NCBI GenBank assembly: GCA_965178125.1
Contig: OZ237756.1
Coordinates: 62,001-126,000, forward strand
Length of the DNA: 64,000 nucleotides
Origin: Bilabrum cf. latius
Taxonomy: Eukaryota
Direction: 5' to 3'
Below, piece by piece: positions 60,671 to 64,000 of the stretch (position 1 is its first letter; each line of letters opens with the position of its first letter). The notes beneath the pieces are model-generated. The model did no database searches. It was not told the DNA's origin and saw only the letters and a list, made by a program, of their open reading frames with translations. A program made the translations under genes and the position numbers.

Positions 60671-63600
60671 CATCGGCATTTGATGCAGCCCTGGCTGACA
60701 CCAACCACCATCCAAACATGTTGCGACTGATAATCGGCCCATTTAGCCTCATCATAAATGCTGCAGAGACATAACACACACAATCTACATGCGTTGGCGC
60801 CGCGCCGAATCCGCATCCACCGATGGCAACGGAACCAACGCACACGCGAGGTCAATCAATCCAAACATAACTCGGCCAAGCCAAAAACCAACTCGTGCTT
60901 TCCGGCTTGTTGCAGCTATGCAGCTATCTACATGCTGCGTGTCCGGGTGGCTTCTCATGTTGATACTCCTTCTGGCGGGCGGCACGGTCGAGGCTAGAGT
61001 TGTGAGCCGCGCTGGTGGCCCGGGACAACCTTCGGGCCACGAGCTCTTTTCATGTGTTGTTGATGTAGTGTCTGCCCTTTGCAAAGACCAGTTGCATCGA
61101 GCTGCGCGTGTCAGTGAGCATGCCAACACCCTAGCACAAGATGTGACAAGGCGACTGCAACAGCCTGAGACAATAAGTAGCCCAGAACTGGATCTGTTTG
61201 GGCTGCCTCTCAGACTTCTTAGTCCGCCGTACAGCAAGGATCCGTGTTATGACTCAGCGCAAGGCGCGTACCGTCGCTGGGATCAGATCAGCTCAGGCCT
61301 TCTGACGGCAGCCGCGGCAGACCGGCATGCATAGCCTGGTTTTGAATCAGTTTAGGCCGATCCTTTGTACGGCAGCACAAGCGCGATTCGGCAGTACTGG
61401 ATGGACCGTGTGCTGCCGCCGCCTCCCTCGGATGACGGCCTGGGCGGGGGCATGCAGATGGGCTCAGGTCTCCCCGTGGCGCGACCCACGTGGGTGGACC
61501 TGCGGCGGGCTGCGCTGGCAGCGGAATGCATTGGGGGCGCGGGTGACGCAGCTGCAGCAAGTGCATGCGCAGTGCACCACGCCACGAGATACATGCCCGG
61601 GATGGGCGGCGCATCGTTGAGTCAAGAGTAGGCTGGGTGGAGAGGGGGCGGTGGGCATGACGAGGCCAAGCCACGAGAGGCAGTGGACCCGCTGTTCACA
61701 TCAGAGAGGAGCCCAGGGGCGGGCTGTGCCCCCATGGAAGAGCATGGAGTGGACGCAGACGGGCCACTGGAGGGTCCTGCGGATGGCTGGGTGTTTGCGG
61801 GGGCTTAGAGCAAGAGCCAGAGCCAGAGCCAGAGCGAGGCAGGGTCAGGGGCAGGGTCAGGGTCAGGGTCAGGGTCAGGGTCAGGGTCAGCGGCAGGGTC
61901 AAGCAGCAGGTGCCTGGGTGCTTCCTCGGTGACTAGAGACATGGGGCTCATGCTGGACGTGGCGGCAGATGCCCGCATTCGGCGCGTGGCCCTTCACCCC
62001 AATGCATCGATATACATCCTACGCGGCGACATTGTGAATCTGGCTCAGCGGGCTCGCCTGCTGCCGCCAGCTGGCGTGGTGCTGGAGGTGGGCAGCTTCC
62101 ACGGCATGAGCGCGATGACGATGCTCATTGCACTGCGACGTAGGGGCAACTGGGCAGCACGGGTCCTATCGGTGGACCTGTGGATGGACCCGGATGATGC
62201 GCAGAGCGCAGCCGCATCGGATTCCAGCCAGCAGTGGTACGCTTTCTAGCCCGCATGGCACAGGGCCCGGCACGTGGATGCATACACCGGCATGGTGGCT
62301 TCTTCAGGTGCGGGTCACCAGGCGTACATGCTGAGGATGCACTCGGTGCAGGCGGCCTCGTTTGTTCCCCGGGGAACAGTGGATCTGCTGTTCATCGACG
62401 GTGACCACTCCAAGGCGGGGGCCTACGCAGACATGGCTGCGTGGATGCCCACGGTGGACAGAAGGACGGTTGTGGCCGGCGGGGCGGCGGATGGTGATGG
62501 TGGGAGGGACGACCCGAAGCCCAACGAGCTGCTCATGGGGGGCCGGGTGCTGCTGCACGATGGCTCGCCCAGTCTGCATCTTCGCTGTGGGCGTGGGCGG
62601 GAGAGGCCATGTGCTGGACACGTGAGGGAGCAAATGGAGGCAGGGCAGTTGTCTGGCACCGGAGAGTAGGAGTTCGGTGTGATTGCTGCCGCATCGCAGC
62701 TGTGCTCGTTGCACCAGCAGTGCTCAGTGATCACCACGCAGAATACGTAGGTGTACGGGCATCGAGCTATTCGGTTCTCATCAGCGGCAGGTGATGCAGC
62801 GATGCGGTCCATTGGATGGAACTCGACCCAGCTAGCCTTGGATCTTGCTGGGGCTGGCGAGCCTCGCACGTTCTGGCCGTTGTCGCCTGTGGCAAGTGCG
62901 GCCGGCCAGCTCACAGAACCTTCGCGACAGCTTACCTTGCAATTTCCACTGGAAAGCAGCGCGATGTCAGAGATCGTGTCACCGGCATGGACCATGCGAG
63001 CCTGTGTGGAGGACCTTGATGCATCCGGAGGCGGCGCAACTCCTAGCAGCAAGAACGGCTTGCCCCCTGGCACATCCGGTATCATCCGCTACCGCACCTC
63101 GCATCAGGCGCTTGCAGGTCCGTACAGGAGTATCGCTGCAGCGCTCGCCATGGTGTCCGTCGCTGCATCGACAGAGCGGGGAGCGGAGGACGGCCCCAGT
63201 GTCAGCAGGGACAGCGCACAGTCGATCATGCTGGAAGGGTGCAACTGCCCGTTGACCTCATCGGAGAACGTGATGGCGTCTGTGGTTGCTGCTGCTGGCG
63301 CTGAGTCTGTCGCAGATGGATCCACCGGGGCAGCTGGCGCAGGGTCAGACCCGAGGCACCTTGTGAATGAAGTATTGAGGCAGCTGATGGGCTTCAAGGG
63401 GTCATATCCCGCGGACTGGTCCGAAGCGGTGCAAGCCATGGGGCAAATCGCGTCCAGAGTAGCGGGGCGAGCGGCGGACATGTGCTGCAGGATGCCCATC
63501 GAGTACGACAGAGCAGCTAGCGCACCTGTCGGGCCGGTGGGTGCAGCTGAGGCCAATGTGTTGGACATGGACGGGCAGCCTATCCATGGGTGGCACAGCC

Positions 63601-64000
63601 TAGCATCCACTGTGCCACTGAGTAAGACGACAGGAATTCCTAGGTGCAACAAGATTGAGATAGCTGAGAGCGCTGTTGTGGACATCGCTGCCAGTGCAGG
63701 GAGGCCCAACCAAGGCATGCCACTGGCTCTGCCCAGCGAGTCGCAAGGTGCACTGAAGACTGAATCTGCGAGTGATGTGGGTCATGCGCGCACGACGACT
63801 GTACAGTCTGTGTGGGGCTCTCGGTCGGCTCTGAAGGGTGTCTTGCAGTCCCAGCGGTTCGCGCTTCAGGATCACGACGAGCCGATCATGTGGAGCTTGC
63901 GGGACAGCCCTCTAACCGCGTGGGCAGAGGCATGCGGTGTGCATGGGAGCGGCCCTGAGAGCATAAGTGAGGCTGGAGACAGTGCAATGTTGGGCGCATG
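60671..64000 (+). repeat. Tandem segmental duplication, copy 2 (truncated by the window)
   Basis: Near-identical to 56704-60028 except for localized divergent patches. Confidence 0.95.
60918..64000 (+). CDS. SAM-dependent methyltransferase, copy 2 (3' end beyond the window)
   Basis: Same frame structure and the same six TAG positions as copy 1; open to the window edge. Confidence 0.8.

Noticed and set aside
1-64000. Interpreting the broken ORFs as pseudogenes or sequencing errors
   Set aside because: The interruptions are almost exclusively TAG, with no frameshifts. They occur in normally essential genes and at identical positions in both duplicate copies. Random decay would also give TAA, TGA and indels.
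1-64000. TAG as pyrrolysine, Leu, Glu or Tyr
   Set aside because: The informative conserved columns (HFPHQ, CGQ, RFKGQ, DVQKQI, ankyrin G[HNQ]) point to Gln. Not formally excluded without a profile analysis.
1-64000. Suppressor tRNA-Gln(CUA), eRF1 gene, transposon or endogenous virus in the window
   Set aside because: I recognised no cloverleaf, release-factor, transposase, integrase or capsid motifs by eye. tRNAscan-SE and HMM searches are needed to be sure.

Overview
GC-rich, gene-dense, intron-poor eukaryotic (protist) nuclear DNA. The ORF track is badly fragmented because the genome appears to use a variant genetic code: in-frame TAG is a sense codon, most likely Gln. Reading TAG as Gln joins the fragments into 17 genes covering almost the whole window. 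By manual count there are roughly 140 in-frame TAGs and only one in-frame TAA, and all 15 genes whose ends are visible stop at TGA. The genes are: FCP1-like CTD phosphatase, gankyrin-like ankyrin protein, PAP2/G6Pase-like membrane protein, DUF2431/Bmt5-like methyltransferase, a ~4910-aa TM-cyclase-TM-cyclase-kinase fusion, TPI (2 introns), S41-like peptidase, Paf1, a CLU-like protein, a divergent V-ATPase E, a Ulp1/SENP protease, a VOC/glyoxalase protein, a hypothetical protein, an SLC25A39/40 carrier, a coiled-coil protein with a 42-bp repeat array, and a tandemly duplicated secreted SAM methyltransferase with a hypervariable cassette. No tRNA, rRNA, CRISPR array or transposon was recognised. 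Family assignments come from remembered motifs, not database searches, and start codons are best guesses.
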